NCBI GenBank assembly: GCA_963820525.1
Contig: CAWGAA010000002.1
Location: 512,001-576,000, forward strand
Length of the DNA stretch: 64,000 bases
Source of the DNA: an uncultured Spirochaetota bacterium
Lineage (GTDB): Bacteria; Spirochaetota; Spirochaetia; SZUA-6; Fen-1364
Reading direction: 5' to 3'
In this document: piece after piece, positions 20,561-29,680 of the stretch
Position numbering within the stretch: position 1 is the stretch's first letter
Layout: every line of letters starts with the position of its first letter
The notes under the pieces: generated by a model
Databases searched by the model: none
Seen by the model: the letters and a program-made list of their open reading frames with translations, nothing else
Told to the model about the DNA's origin: nothing
Program-made: the position numbers and the translations under genes

Positions 20561-21511
20561 GTGGCAGTACTGAAAACCGGCGCTCTCCTCCTGCTTTTTA
20601 TGCTCCTGTCGGTGTCTGGAGCGCTTTGCCAGGAGCAAGGCTTTCCGCGGACGGTTGCCGACGATCTGGGCGGGACCCTCACGTTGCGGGAAAAGCCGCG
20701 GCGGATCGTCTCCGTCACGCTGCCCACCGACGAAATCCTCCTTTCCCTCGTGGGCAGGGGCCGGCTGGTTGCCGTGACCCCCTTCTCCCATGATCCCGGC
20801 GTCTCCAATGTCGCCTCCGAAGCATCCGACATCCCTCAGGCGACGCTGAACGTCGAGCTCATCGTCTCGCTCAAGCCCGACATGGTGTTCGTGGCTGATT
20901 GGAGCGATGCCGGGAGCGTCTCCCAGCTCAGGGGAGCCGGTGTTCCCGTCTACCTTTTCAAGAGCCCAACAACGGTGCGCGAGGTGGAAGAGAGCATTAC
21001 GCGGATCGGCACGGCGGTGGGCGAGGAGACGAAGGCTTCCCTGCTTGTGCAGGGGATGGAGGGGAGGCTAGCCGCCGTAGAGCGGCTTACCGGGAAAATT
21101 CCGCACGCCAAGCGCTTCACCGTCATTGATTACGGGGCTTCGGGCATTTCGATGGGGAAGGGCTCTTCATGGGATGAAATCGTTCTCCGGGCCGGCCTTC
21201 GCAACCCCGTTGACGATCTGGCATCCGACAGGTGGGGTCAGGTGCCCGTCTCGAAAGAGGAGCTTCTCAAGCTCGACCCCGATATTCTGGTCCTCCCCGA
21301 CTGGGTTTACGGAAATCCGAAGGGATCGGATTCGCTGTACGCCGCCGTGGTGGCTGATCCAGCCCTGAGGGGATTGAAAGCCGTGCGGGACGGCAGGGTG
21401 TACCGGATGCCCGCCCGCCTCATGTCGAGTACGGATCAGTACATCGTCTCTGCCGTGGAGGAGCTTTCGCGCCTGGCGTATCCCGGGCTCTTAAGGCCGG
21501 AGTCGCCGTGA
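20561..21511 (+). CDS. ABC importer substrate-binding protein, BtuF/FecB family (start uncertain)
   Basis: Signal peptide; FPRTVADDLG, PRRIVS, NVELIVSLKPD, LKAVRDGRVY. Confidence 0.88.
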   Translation: MAVLKTGALLLLFMLLSVSGALCQEQGFPRTVADDLGGTLTLREKPRRIVSVTLPTDEILLSLVGRGRLVAVTPFSHDPGVSNVASEASDIPQATLNVELIVSLKPDMVFVADWSDAGSVSQLRGAGVPVYLFKSPTTVREVEESITRIGTAVGEETKASLLVQGMEGRLAAVERLTGKIPHAKRFTVIDYGASGISMGKGSSWDEIVLRAGLRNPVDDLASDRWGQVPVSKEELLKLDPDILVLPDWVYGNPKGSDSLYAAVVADPALRGLKAVRDGRVYRMPARLMSSTDQYIVSAVEELSRLAYPGLLRPESP

Positions 21512-22539
21512 AGCTGAAGACGCCGCTCACCTTCTCGGCTCTCATCGCGGCCCTTGCCATCGCGATCGTTGCCGCCGCCGGCATCGGCGCCGTCGCCGTT
21601 CCTCCCCTCACGTTTCTCAGGATGATTCTATACGGCATCGGCGTCCACTCCGTCGGGCTTCCCGCGCCCATTGACGTTACCATCATCGTGATGCTTCGGC
21701 TCCCCAGAATCGCGGCTGCCCTGCTTGTCGGCTCGGCGCTCGCCATGTGCGGTGCGGTCATGCAGGGATTGTTCAGAAACCCCATGGCCAGCCCCGAGGT
21801 TCTCGGCCTCTCCGCCGGCGGAAGCCTCGGAGCGGTCATCGCAATCACGTCAGGGCTGGGAAGCGCGAGCCTTTTCTCCCTCCCTCTTTTGACGGTCGTG
21901 GGCGCCCTCTTTGCCGCGGCCGTCATCTACTGGATCGCCAGCCTGAAGGGGGCCACCTCGCTTCTGTTCGTGGTGCTTGCGGGCATGGCCGTCTCCTCGC
22001 TGTTGGGTGGAATCACGTCGGCCCTCCTCTTCTTATCGCGCGAGCAGGAGGTGAGCCAGTTCGTGTTCTGGACCATGGGGGGGCTGGATGGGCGGACGTG
22101 GCGGCATGTCCTGCTCGCGGCCCCCGTCCTCATACCCGGCATGGCGGGGCTCGCCCTGTTCTCCCGCGAGCTGAATGTCTTCAGCCTCGGAGAGCAGAGC
22201 GCCGCTTCCCTCGGGATGAGCGTGGAGAATACCAAGCGCGCGCTCTTGGCCCTCTCGGCCGTCGTGACGGGAACCGCGATAGCGGTGAGCGGGCCCGTCG
22301 GTTTCATCGGGCTTCTGATCCCGCACTTCTTCCGCCTCATTTTAGGGCCGGATCACAGGACTCTCCTTCCCGCATCTGCCCTCGGCGGAGGCCTCTTCCT
22401 CATCGCCTCCGACCTCGTGGGCAGGGCCATCGCCCCGCCCTTCGAGATCCGCGTCGGAATCATAACGGCCATCCTGGGAAGCCCCTACCTGCTCTTCCTC
22501 GTTGTGCGCTCGCAGAAACGGAGGGCAGCCCCTCAATGA
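21508..22539 (+). CDS. ABC importer permease, BtuC/FecCD family
   Basis: LRLPR, QGLFRNPMASP, GPVGFIGLLIPH. Confidence 0.92.
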   Translation: MKLKTPLTFSALIAALAIAIVAAAGIGAVAVPPLTFLRMILYGIGVHSVGLPAPIDVTIIVMLRLPRIAAALLVGSALAMCGAVMQGLFRNPMASPEVLGLSAGGSLGAVIAITSGLGSASLFSLPLLTVVGALFAAAVIYWIASLKGATSLLFVVLAGMAVSSLLGGITSALLFLSREQEVSQFVFWTMGGLDGRTWRHVLLAAPVLIPGMAGLALFSRELNVFSLGEQSAASLGMSVENTKRALLALSAVVTGTAIAVSGPVGFIGLLIPHFFRLILGPDHRTLLPASALGGGLFLIASDLVGRAIAPPFEIRVGIITAILGSPYLLFLVVRSQKRRAAPQ

Positions 22540-23786
22540 ACGGCAGGGAGGATAAAACGCGGCTCCTGGAATCCGATGGAATGGGCTTTTCAGTCGGAGA
22601 GAAGCGCATTCTGCATGATGTGAGCTTCAGCCTGGGGAGGGGAGAGCTTGTCGGCGTCATCGGGCCGAATGGGGCGGGGAAGACCACGCTCCTGCGCCTC
22701 GCGAGCGGGCTGCTTCCTCCTTCCTCCGGCAGCGTCTCTTTTTCGGGAGAGAAGCTCGCCGCCCTGCGCCCGCGCACGAGGGCGCGTCTTGTATCCTTCA
22801 TGAGCCAGGACATACCACAAGAGATCTCTTTCTCCGTGCTCGAGGTCGTGCTCATGGGGCGCTATCCCCACCTCGCCCGGTTCCAGAGGGAATCCGCCGA
22901 AGACATCGAGAAGGCGCGCCGCATGCTCGCCTACGTCGGGCTATCCGGCTTCGAGGAAAGGCCCTTCGGCGAGCTTTCAGGGGGCGAGCGGCAGCTGGCG
23001 CTCTTCGCCCGCGTCCTGGCGCAGGAGGCGGAGCTTGTCGTGCTCGACGAGCCGAGCTCGCACCTGGACTTGCGTCATGAAGACGCAATCTTCTCCATGG
23101 CCCAGGAGCTCGCGCGGGAAGGCCGGGGGGTGCTCGCCTCCGTGCACAACCTCAACGTCGCCTCCCACTACTGCGGGCGCTTGATTCTACTGGACAGGGG
23201 CATGGTCGCCGCAGCTGGAAAGGCCGAGGAGGTGCTCGCGCCGGCGCTCCTCCAGCGGGTCTATGGGGTGAAGGCCATTGTGTCGAGAAGCGCGGCCACG
23301 GGAAGCGTCATGGTGAGCGTTGTGCCCTTGCGAGTGGAGGGCAGGGGCGTCCGCATTCACCTCATCGGCGGGGCGGGCTCCGCCGTGAACCTCACGCGCG
23401 AGCTCTACCGTCTGGGATTCGCTCTGACCGGCGGAATCGCTCACGCCCGAGACTCGGATGAAGCGCTGTGGAAGAGCCTGGGGATAGAGTGCTTCTCCGT
23501 GGACGCGTTCTCACGGATCTCGGATCGCGATGTCGAGCACGCGGCCGCCCGTGTCGAAGCGGCGGAGCTGGTAATCCTGTGCGCTTTTCCCATAGGGTTA
23601 GCAAACGTGGCAAACCTGAGGCTCGCCGCGCGGGCCCGCCGGCTCGTCATTCTGGAGCCGGGCCCCGGTGACCTGCAAAGGAGCTATTTCACGGACGACG
23701 CAAGCCGACTTTTCGAAGCGCTTGGAAAGTCCGCGGAAACGAGGAAGCAGAACGAGCTGGTTTCAGAGCTTGTCGGCGGCGCGTAG
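22536..23786 (+). CDS. ABC importer ATPase, BtuD/FecE family, with C-terminal extra domain
   Basis: GPNGAGKTT, LSGGERQ, LDEPSSHLD; ATGA overlap with the permease. Confidence 0.92.
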   Translation: MNGREDKTRLLESDGMGFSVGEKRILHDVSFSLGRGELVGVIGPNGAGKTTLLRLASGLLPPSSGSVSFSGEKLAALRPRTRARLVSFMSQDIPQEISFSVLEVVLMGRYPHLARFQRESAEDIEKARRMLAYVGLSGFEERPFGELSGGERQLALFARVLAQEAELVVLDEPSSHLDLRHEDAIFSMAQELAREGRGVLASVHNLNVASHYCGRLILLDRGMVAAAGKAEEVLAPALLQRVYGVKAIVSRSAATGSVMVSVVPLRVEGRGVRIHLIGGAGSAVNLTRELYRLGFALTGGIAHARDSDEALWKSLGIECFSVDAFSRISDRDVEHAAARVEAAELVILCAFPIGLANVANLRLAARARRLVILEPGPGDLQRSYFTDDASRLFEALGKSAETRKQNELVSELVGGA

Positions 23787-23877
23787 CAGGCCCGCTAGCG
23801 GCGACCCGCTTGCAGCTTGCCCGGGACGGCGCGGAGCGGCGCCCCGCTTGCCACATCGGTTTTGTCACAAGACAGGC

Positions 23878-23934
23878 TGCCGGAGACGGGACTTGAACCC
23901 GTACAGCCCTTGCGGGCCGGGGGATTTTAAGTCC
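23878..23934 (-). repeat. att site: 57-bp duplicated 3' part of tRNA-Leu
   Basis: Identical to 32513-32569; identity stops within the anticodon stem. Confidence 0.95.
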
Positions 23935-24114
23935 GTTTTCAATTCCCCACGCGCATACCCCTATTTACTTATGTATACTATTGATATAGAATTAACGCAG
24001 TAGGATAAATCGTGGTATGTCTAAAAAGATGAGAATAGAAAAGGTTCTTCTCAGAAATCATCTCATTTTTCCAGGTATTAAGAGGTAGAGAATCAAGCAA
24101 TAAGGGCGAGAAAT

Positions 24115-26241
24115 ATGATGAAACTCAAGAGGTTTCAAGTAACCGGCTTCCGATCAGTTAGCGATAGCGGCCCAATCGAGACCGATGACGTGACGGCGCT
24201 TATCGGAACGAATGAAGCGGGCAAAACCAACATTCTTCTGCCGCTCTGGAAATTAAGTCCTGCAAAGGAAGGCGAGATCGTGCCTACCGCGGACTACCCG
24301 AGAAAACTCTACAACATTCTTAGAAACCAAAAGCCGAAACCTGTGTTCATAAAAGCCGTATTCGAGGCTGATGACGCGGTCGCACAAGAGCTTTCGGCCA
24401 AGACTGGGATGCCAAAAGACGCCATGAGCGAGATAGAGGTTTCCCGCCGTTTCGATACTGAGTACGAAGTGGATTTTCCGAACGCCAATCCGCTCCGATC
24501 GATCAACACAGAAAGGGCCGCAACGATCATTCAGGGCGGAGAGAGGGAAATCGCTGCCATGGCAGCGGTCGAGGGTGAGAGCGATCTCAAGACGCTCATC
24601 GTGACCTCCCTTCGCACTGCGAAGGAGTCTTTTGGCAACAAGACTGAGGTCAACGCGGCCGATCTGGACAGTGCTCTTGCCGTTATGGGGGGCGTGAAGA
24701 TCGACGCCGCTCCAGCAACAAGCACTATTGCGCCTAGATTTCGCCAAGTGCAAGAGCAGATCGGCGAATTGCGAAAAGGAATTTCTCGGCCTCACCCGCG
24801 AGAAGTCGATGCTGCTGTGAAGATCGTTCTAAAGAACATGCCCAAGTTCGTATATTACTCAACGTACGGAAACCTGGATTCCGAAATCTATCTTCCCCAT
24901 GTGATCGCAAACCTCAAGCGGTCTGACTTGGGCTTAAAGGAACAAGCCAAGGCAAGGACACTTAAAGTGCTTTTCGAGTTCGTGAAACTCCAACCGGAGG
25001 AGATCCTTGAATTGGGCCAAGATTTCAAGGTTACGAACCGTCAGCCCACGGAAGCCGAGATAGCAGCGATCGCCGAAAAAAAGAAACAAAGGAGCATCCT
25101 ACTTCAATCCGCCTCAACTCTCCTAACTACTCAGTTTCGAGAATGGTGGAAGCAGGGGGAATACAGATTCAGGTTCGAAGCGGATGGTGACCACTTCCGG
25201 ATCTGGGTCTCGGATGATAAGCGGCCGGAGGAGATTGAACTCGAGGGCCGCAGTACAGGGCTTCAGTGGTTCCTGAGTTTCTACCTCGTCTTTCTGGTTG
25301 AAAGGGCGGATGCCCATGAGCAGGCCATCCTCTTGTTGGATGAACCAGGACTGTCCCTACATCCACTCGCACAACGCGATCTTTCGCAATTCTTCAATGG
25401 GCTCGCGAGCGACAACCAACTCATATACACGTGCCACTCGCCATTCTTGGTCGATGCTGACCGCCTGGATCGGGCGCGAAAGGTGTATGTTGGCAACGAC
25501 GGCACTAGCAAGGTCACTCCTGATCTGAGAGCATCTGACGATCCGCCAGGGCAACGGGGTGCTGCATACGCAGTTCACGCTGCACTAGGGCTGAGTGTAG
25601 CCGAGAGTTTACTTCTTGGATGCGAGCCCGTTGTAGTGGAAGGTCAATCAGATCAGCACTACCTCACTGCAATCAAGAACCTTCTCATAGCCGCAGGCCG
25701 GTTAAAGCCCGGGCGAGAGCTAGTATTTCCGCCTGCGGGGGGTGTCAAGGGAGTAAAGGCGGTTGTGAGTATTCTCGGAGGGCGAGACGAAGAGCTGCCC
25801 GTTGCTCTATTTGATAGCGATGAACAGGGCCATGCTACGGCGCAAGCGCTTCGAATAGGTCTCTACACTGCCTGTCCAGAACTGGTGTTGGAAATGAAGG
25901 ACTATGCGGGGTTCGAACATGCTGAGGTGGAGGACTTGATCCCACCCGAGGTGATAGCTCGGCAGCTTGATCGTTGGCAGCGAGGCGCGGAAAAGCCATT
26001 TTCTGAGACGGTGAGACAAGGGGAACCCATTGTTGCTCAAATTGAGGCGTGGGCGAAGAACAACCGTGTCACCCTTGAAGTCCCAGGTTGGAAGGTCGAG
26101 CTCTCAATTCGGGTCAAGCGGCAGATGCTATCTGACGGGCCAGCGGCCATTAAGGCTGAAGTTGCGGATAAATGGGTGAAGTTATTCGAGACGTTTCGGG
26201 ATTCTCGGGCAACTGCCCGGGAGCGACAGGCGGGAGAGTGA
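24115..26241 (+). CDS. OLD-family ABC-type ATPase with C-terminal TOPRIM nuclease domain
   Basis: Walker A GTNEAGKT, signature RSTG, Walker B LLLDEPG, CHSPF; TOPRIM VVVEGQSD and FDSD. Confidence 0.85.
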   Translation: MMKLKRFQVTGFRSVSDSGPIETDDVTALIGTNEAGKTNILLPLWKLSPAKEGEIVPTADYPRKLYNILRNQKPKPVFIKAVFEADDAVAQELSAKTGMPKDAMSEIEVSRRFDTEYEVDFPNANPLRSINTERAATIIQGGEREIAAMAAVEGESDLKTLIVTSLRTAKESFGNKTEVNAADLDSALAVMGGVKIDAAPATSTIAPRFRQVQEQIGELRKGISRPHPREVDAAVKIVLKNMPKFVYYSTYGNLDSEIYLPHVIANLKRSDLGLKEQAKARTLKVLFEFVKLQPEEILELGQDFKVTNRQPTEAEIAAIAEKKKQRSILLQSASTLLTTQFREWWKQGEYRFRFEADGDHFRIWVSDDKRPEEIELEGRSTGLQWFLSFYLVFLVERADAHEQAILLLDEPGLSLHPLAQRDLSQFFNGLASDNQLIYTCHSPFLVDADRLDRARKVYVGNDGTSKVTPDLRASDDPPGQRGAAYAVHAALGLSVAESLLLGCEPVVVEGQSDQHYLTAIKNLLIAAGRLKPGRELVFPPAGGVKGVKAVVSILGGRDEELPVALFDSDEQGHATAQALRIGLYTACPELVLEMKDYAGFEHAEVEDLIPPEVIARQLDRWQRGAEKPFSETVRQGEPIVAQIEAWAKNNRVTLEVPGWKVELSIRVKRQMLSDGPAAIKAEVADKWVKLFETFRDSRATARERQAGE

Positions 26242-26266
26242 CCGCCCTTAGAATAGGAGCAAGTCT

Positions 26267-26557
26267 ATGCCAACTTCGGTGAGGAACGTAGCAGGAACCG
26301 CAGATCTTTCCTGCAAATGCGGTTCGTGGATCAAGCATTGGGAGAGAGGATCTGGCAAGAGCGCTCTTGGATGTGGAGTTGTCGGATGTACCGGTCCTGC
26401 TGAAGTTGGCGCGCATGTCACGAAGGTGGGATCTCAAGACAGGGGCAGGTACATAGTGCCGATGTGCACAACCCACAATTTCTACACTTCTATGGACTTA
26501 TCGATCAAGGACAGCGTGCCACTCATTTCGGTCAATTGGCAGAATACTTGCGCGTGA
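26267..26557 (+). CDS. Small Cys/His-rich protein, putative HNH/His-Me-finger nuclease
   Basis: AGGAG RBS; CKC..W..HW, CGVVGC, GAHV, YIVPMCTTHN. Confidence 0.6.
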   Translation: MPTSVRNVAGTADLSCKCGSWIKHWERGSGKSALGCGVVGCTGPAEVGAHVTKVGSQDRGRYIVPMCTTHNFYTSMDLSIKDSVPLISVNWQNTCA

Positions 26558-26880
26558 GGATCCTGTGGCGGGAATCGCACTCGCCACCTCACAGAGATTG
26601 AGACGCACTTTCGCCAACACCTGCGCGGTTTCCCGCCTCAGCGATCTCCTCAAGGGGTAATCGCCCGCCGAAGGCCTCCGATAGCACGCCTGCCACCTGA
26701 ACCGCCCCGGCCTCGGCATGAGCACTGCCAGGGGAAGGCCTGCTCCATCATGAAGGAGGCGGACCGTGCGGTTCATCAATTCGCCGCCCATGCCTGAGCT
26801 TCCGCCCGATTGAGCTGCATGAGCAGCCGTGGCCGGGGAGCGTGCCCGCCATCCCGGATGGCCACCAGGAGCCAAGGGCT
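26498..26880 (-). pseudogene. GC-rich remnant of two coupled small ORFs
   Basis: Headless frame (26776-26880) whose TGA overlaps the ATG of a 92-aa ORF (26498-26776). Confidence 0.35.
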
Positions 26881-27448
26881 TTATAAAGGTGAACTACGAG
26901 CAACCGAAAAGCATTTAGCGAAAGGTGCGCTAATGTATTTCGTTCGCCTTCAGATGGCACATCTCACTGAAGGAATGAAGGTTCTTCAACAGCTTGAAAC
27001 TGTTCCCAGTTTTAAAAGAGTCTTTTCTTCCTGTCGCTCATCTGCGCAAGAAGCATATAAGCGTTTAATACCTTTCACTCAACCAGGACCAGAAAAAACG
27101 TGGTTCGATAATAATGTCGCTACTACGCGTAGTAACTTGACTTTTCACTATCATGAATCAGGAAAATGGATAAACTGGGCATTAGCAGATAGGGCTTCCA
27201 GAGCAGTGGCAGAGCGATCATCAATAACATACGGTGATCACGGACATCTCTGGCGTTTCCATATTGCAGACAATATTCTTGATAGTATTATGTGTCGTAA
27301 AATCTGGAAAATACCCAAATCATCTGATGTACAGAAAGAAGCAGATATAGTAATCAGCAAAATCTATAATATCTATCGCAACTTTATCAACTTTGCATTA
27401 GTATTTATGTTAGAATATTTGAAGCAGACTATTGTAGCCTTGAAATAA
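26877..27448 (+). CDS. Cassette 1 ORF, HEPN-like, probably 5'-truncated
   Basis: AT-rich helical ORF with RSNLTFH (Rx5H); stop 7 bp before attC1; first ATG in the AT-rich part at 26933. Confidence 0.55.
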
Positions 27449-27455
27449 TCTTGGC

Positions 27456-27570
27456 GTCTAGCATGCTGTTGGAGTGACAGAATAGGCTGTCGCCGTGACT
27501 TATAGTTACATGAGTTATGACCTTTTGTACTTAGATGATTCGGGGCGGCAACTCAACAGCGTCGTTGCAC
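27456..27570 (+). other. Integron attC-like site 1 (115 bp)
   Basis: R'' GTCTAGC, L'' arm ATGCTGTTGGAGT pairing with ACTCAACAGCGT with one extrahelical G, R' GTTGCAC. Confidence 0.85.
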
Positions 27571-27620
27571 GCATTTAGACAAGGTGATGTAATACTCCAG
27601 TATCATGCGGGAGGTTATGA

Positions 27621-28520
27621 ATGAACAATAGATTCGATGAAGTAAAAGAACATCTCAGGAAACTTTCAATAATCAAAGAAGCACTGCAAGCTCTTATCCA
27701 TTTCAACGAAGAGGCAATAAGTTCTTTGTCGTGGCAGAATCGGTTCCTGGGTAATAGTTTGATAAGCACATCCTTCGCGATCGATCTATATGGCTCTCTT
27801 GTTGAACCAAAAGTGAATGAGATGTCGGAAACTGACTTCAGAGGGATGATGAATCCACTATCGAACATGGTCCGGTTTGGAACTACGTTCATCACGCTCC
27901 ATAGAACAAAAGACGTAAAGAGCTACTTGCAGACATTTGAGGCAACTGCAAGCGGTGGCTCAGCAGTTTTCTCAGCATCAGTGGCAGATAGCACTGTCAA
28001 TTTCATTGGATTTACACACCCCCAAGAACCGGAGAGAGCTAGAATTCAAGGTCTGCTTGAAACATACTTCAGCCAGCTGAAACCAGAAGAAGACATTAGG
28101 TATATTGAAGAAAGGCTTCCGAAGATTCTCCCAAACGTTGCTGAAGACTTCAAGCACTTCCTTGCCAATTACTACGCGTCAAAGCAGAATGAACTCAAGT
28201 ATCAGGAACTGATTGCATTCAGAACCATCTTTTTTATGAAACTAGTCGAGGAATTTGCGAAATTGCATGGATGTCCAGATTCTGTATCACGGAAAGAGAA
28301 GATTACGTTTTTTGCATTCAAATCTTCGAAAACCACCGACCCCAATGCAGAGAAAATAGCCGAGGCCGCATTCTCTTTATGGAAAACGCTATCTACTCAA
28401 GATAGCTCGGCTTTAAGCGTAAAGATGGGAAACGTCACCGCCAGTTATATCGATTTGCTATTTCACAATGTTCTTATCGTGGCAGCTACGCTCCTAAGGC
28501 AAAATGAGAACTATTGGTAA
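27621..28520 (+). CDS. Cassette 2 ORF, 299-aa hypothetical protein
   Basis: GGAGG RBS; single ORF between attC1 and attC2. Confidence 0.8.
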   Translation: MNNRFDEVKEHLRKLSIIKEALQALIHFNEEAISSLSWQNRFLGNSLISTSFAIDLYGSLVEPKVNEMSETDFRGMMNPLSNMVRFGTTFITLHRTKDVKSYLQTFEATASGGSAVFSASVADSTVNFIGFTHPQEPERARIQGLLETYFSQLKPEEDIRYIEERLPKILPNVAEDFKHFLANYYASKQNELKYQELIAFRTIFFMKLVEEFAKLHGCPDSVSRKEKITFFAFKSSKTTDPNAEKIAEAAFSLWKTLSTQDSSALSVKMGNVTASYIDLLFHNVLIVAATLLRQNENYW

Positions 28521-28535
28521 TATGAACACAAATGC

Positions 28536-28631
28536 GTGTAACATGCGATTGGAGTTGTTCGCCAAGTCTACGCGTGTTGAATCATTTACACATAGATGAT
28601 TCGGGGCGGCAACTCATCAGCTTCGTTAGGT
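28536..28631 (+). other. Integron attC-like site 2 (96 bp)
   Basis: R'' GTGTAAC, GGAGTTG/CAACTCA arms, R' GTTAGGT; 24 nt identical to attC1. Confidence 0.85.
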
Positions 28632-28644
28632 GGTCATAGATTCA

Positions 28645-29652
28645 ATGACATTCGCCCAGCTGATAAACCGTATCCGCACTGAGACCAGATACAAGTCCTG
28701 TTTCGTTAGTGATTCCTCTTGCTCAACAAGAATAGTTAGGTCGCATTCCATTCAGAATTCTCGGATACTTAGGCGTATTTCCTTGAACGGCATGGTCTTA
28801 ACTATTCAAGCATCAGATCGGATACTCGGCTTTTCTTCCGTTGGCCGCAAGACCGCATCGACCTTTTCGGGATTCTGCTCGTTTCACGACGATAAGATTT
28901 TCAAACTGATAGAGACCGACGATTTCTCTCCTATTGATGCCCACTTCGTACGGCACGCTTACAGGGCACTCGCTCTTGAATACAACAAAAAAACTTCAAT
29001 CCTCAGAATGTACACTAAAATTCTTGAGTTGATGGAAACAAAACAATGGCAGAGATACCTTCGTGACTGCACAGATATAAAACCTTCGCGCGCAAGTCCC
29101 GCCGAAACTTACAGAGATGTCGTTTCATACATTACTGGATCTCAGATTGAACTCGACAATATGAATAGGTTCCGAGCGCTGTTCGATGTTTTCTTTGAGA
29201 CCTCCCACAACGACTTCTTGTCTTCCTTCTCAGTATCCTTTCCCTCTGAGTATCCCATCGCTGCCACATCGTCGATAACGATTGAGCATGACTTTCGAGG
29301 TAACCCAGTAAACGTTTTCCCTAAATCGGACATCTGCGATGAATCGAAACCGCTCTATCTAACTATTTTTCCACAAAACGGGCGTACACATGTTCTCCTC
29401 TCTCACTATGAAAGGGACCGCGACACCTACCGACCTTTAAGAAATGATCTGAAGAGTATGCGCATTAGAGATCTGAAGGTTGCAGTGACAAATTTGATTG
29501 CAAATCACATTGAGAACTTCTATGTCTCACCGGTTTATTGGAAGAGACTGGACGAACAAACAAAAGTCCATTTTCTCGAGGTTTTTCGGCAAACGCTTTT
29601 TTTCGCTGGGAGCGACTTGGCTCAACTTAAAGATATCAATATCTTCGTCTGA
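28645..29652 (+). CDS. Cassette 3 ORF with N-terminal Cys/His (HNH-like) domain
   Basis: C-x6-C, SHSIQN, ASTFSGFCSFHD..IF..IE pattern. Confidence 0.7.
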   Translation: MTFAQLINRIRTETRYKSCFVSDSSCSTRIVRSHSIQNSRILRRISLNGMVLTIQASDRILGFSSVGRKTASTFSGFCSFHDDKIFKLIETDDFSPIDAHFVRHAYRALALEYNKKTSILRMYTKILELMETKQWQRYLRDCTDIKPSRASPAETYRDVVSYITGSQIELDNMNRFRALFDVFFETSHNDFLSSFSVSFPSEYPIAATSSITIEHDFRGNPVNVFPKSDICDESKPLYLTIFPQNGRTHVLLSHYERDRDTYRPLRNDLKSMRIRDLKVAVTNLIANHIENFYVSPVYWKRLDEQTKVHFLEVFRQTLFFAGSDLAQLKDINIFV

Positions 29653-29654
29653 CC

Positions 29655-29680
29655 GTCTAGCATGCTGTTGGAGTTGACCG
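29655..29680 (+). other. Left half of attC-like site 3 (no right half found)
   Basis: CGTCTAGCATGCTGTTGGAGT, 21 nt identical to the start of attC1, directly after the cassette 3 stop. Confidence 0.7.

Noticed and set aside
23878..23960. Second tRNA-Leu gene
   Set aside because: Only the 3' 57 nt are present; the D arm and 5' acceptor strand are missing, so it is an att remnant.
24020..24070. Imperfect inverted repeat near the island's left end as an integrase arm site
   Set aside because: Short, AT-rich and with no counterpart at the other end; not supportable.
24115..26557. Gabija, canonical Septu or retron system
   Set aside because: No UvrD helicase or reverse transcriptase in the island, and the ATPase has a TOPRIM domain that Septu PtuA lacks.
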